Below are positions 63,371-64,000 of a stretch of 64,000 bases of DNA, in pieces. Below the pieces are notes generated by a model. The model did not search any database and was not told the DNA's origin. It was given only the letters and a program-made list of their open reading frames with translations. How positions within the stretch are numbered: position 1 is the stretch's first letter; every line of letters starts with the position of its first letter. The position numbers were made by a program, and so were the translations under genes. This stretch comes from Microcoleus sp. (GTDB lineage Bacteria > Cyanobacteriota > Cyanobacteriia > Cyanobacteriales > Microcoleaceae), in NCBI GenBank assembly GCA_042408215.1, contig JAYFMW010000020.1:649039-713038 (forward strand), read 5' to 3'.

Positions 63371-64000
63371 TTAGACGAAGCGCAAAGACTTGCTATCAAC
63401 ACCCAGGAAAGAAACTGATTGCACGATCGCAATTAATTCATCCGAGCCCGCAGTCTTCTTGAAAATAGCGGTACCAGCCGGCAACCCTTCGGGTGAAGCA
63501 CCTAACTGGTAAGTGCTAGGAGCACCTTGAAGTTGGAGGATATCTTCGATCGGGTTAAAGCCGACAATCAAAGCGTAGTCGCCTGCGCCAGTGGCGGTAT
63601 CAATGCCATCGTTGTAGTAGAACTTGGTGGCATTTCCCAGCAAGAAAGTATCATTGCCTTCTGCGCCAATCAGCGTATCGATTTCGCCCAGCCCTGGGTT
63701 AGCAGCAGTGCCGTCAACGCCAGTCAGAATATCGTTGCCTTCTTTGCCGAAGAGGAAATCGCTGCCGCTACCGCCAAGCAAAGCATCATTATCTTTACCG
63801 CCGTACAGGGAGTCGTCACCAGCGTCGCCGGCTAAGGTATTGTTGCCTAGATCGCCGCTGAGGACATCATTGCCGTCGCCGCCATACAATAAGTCGTCAC
63901 CTTTTCCTCCTAACTCGGTATCGTTACCTGCTGCCTCCGATCGCGGTATCATTGCCGTCGTTGCCAAATAGGAGATCGTTGCCGTCGTCGCCAAATAAGG
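63371..64000 (-). CDS. RTX/hemolysin-type Ca-binding protein, C-terminal part (5' end outside window; apparent frameshift ~63935)
   Basis: GGxGxD repeats and a GEIDTLIG..DYALI..F..D C-terminus; the repeats continue upstream in another frame. Confidence 0.75.
   Translation of the reverse strand, partial: PYLATTATISYLATTAMIPRSEAAGNDTELGGKGDDLLYGGDGNDVLSGDLGNNTLAGDAGDDSLYGGKDNDALLGGSGSDFLFGKEGNDILTGVDGTAANPGLGEIDTLIGAEGNDTFLLGNATKFYYNDGIDTATGAGDYALIVGFNPIEDILQLQGAPSTYQLGASPEGLPAGTAIFKKTAGSDELIAIVQSVSFLGVDSKSLRFV

Overview
64-kb chromosomal window from a filamentous cyanobacterium. The Oscillatoriales / Microcoleus-like assignment is inferred from abundant HIP1 GCGATCGC, heptamer tandem repeats and protein families. 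Housekeeping genes (pyrG, carB, gatB, mltA, cutA, a ROK kinase, a GH57 hydrolase, tRNA-Gly-CCC) are interspersed with many signalling genes. The window opens with an operon-like cluster: a membrane protein with a roadblock/longin-like, TM, BON and OmpA architecture, a Rab-like small GTPase, an internally deleted kinase and a PAS/GAF adenylate cyclase. The mobilome is dense: seven tnpB loci of the IS200/IS605 and IS607 families (two intact tnpB, one pro-Fanzor-like copy whose frame overlaps tnpA), plus an ORF-less element that seems to retain only ends and an omega-RNA-like 3' region. Russian-doll nested REP/MITE elements, three tandem-amplified repeat arrays and small repeats inserted in frame into proteins are also present. 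Other features are an orphan DpdE-like helicase beside the tRNA and a candidate sRNA. No CRISPR array or prophage was found. All calls come from reading the sequence and ORF translations; no searches were run.
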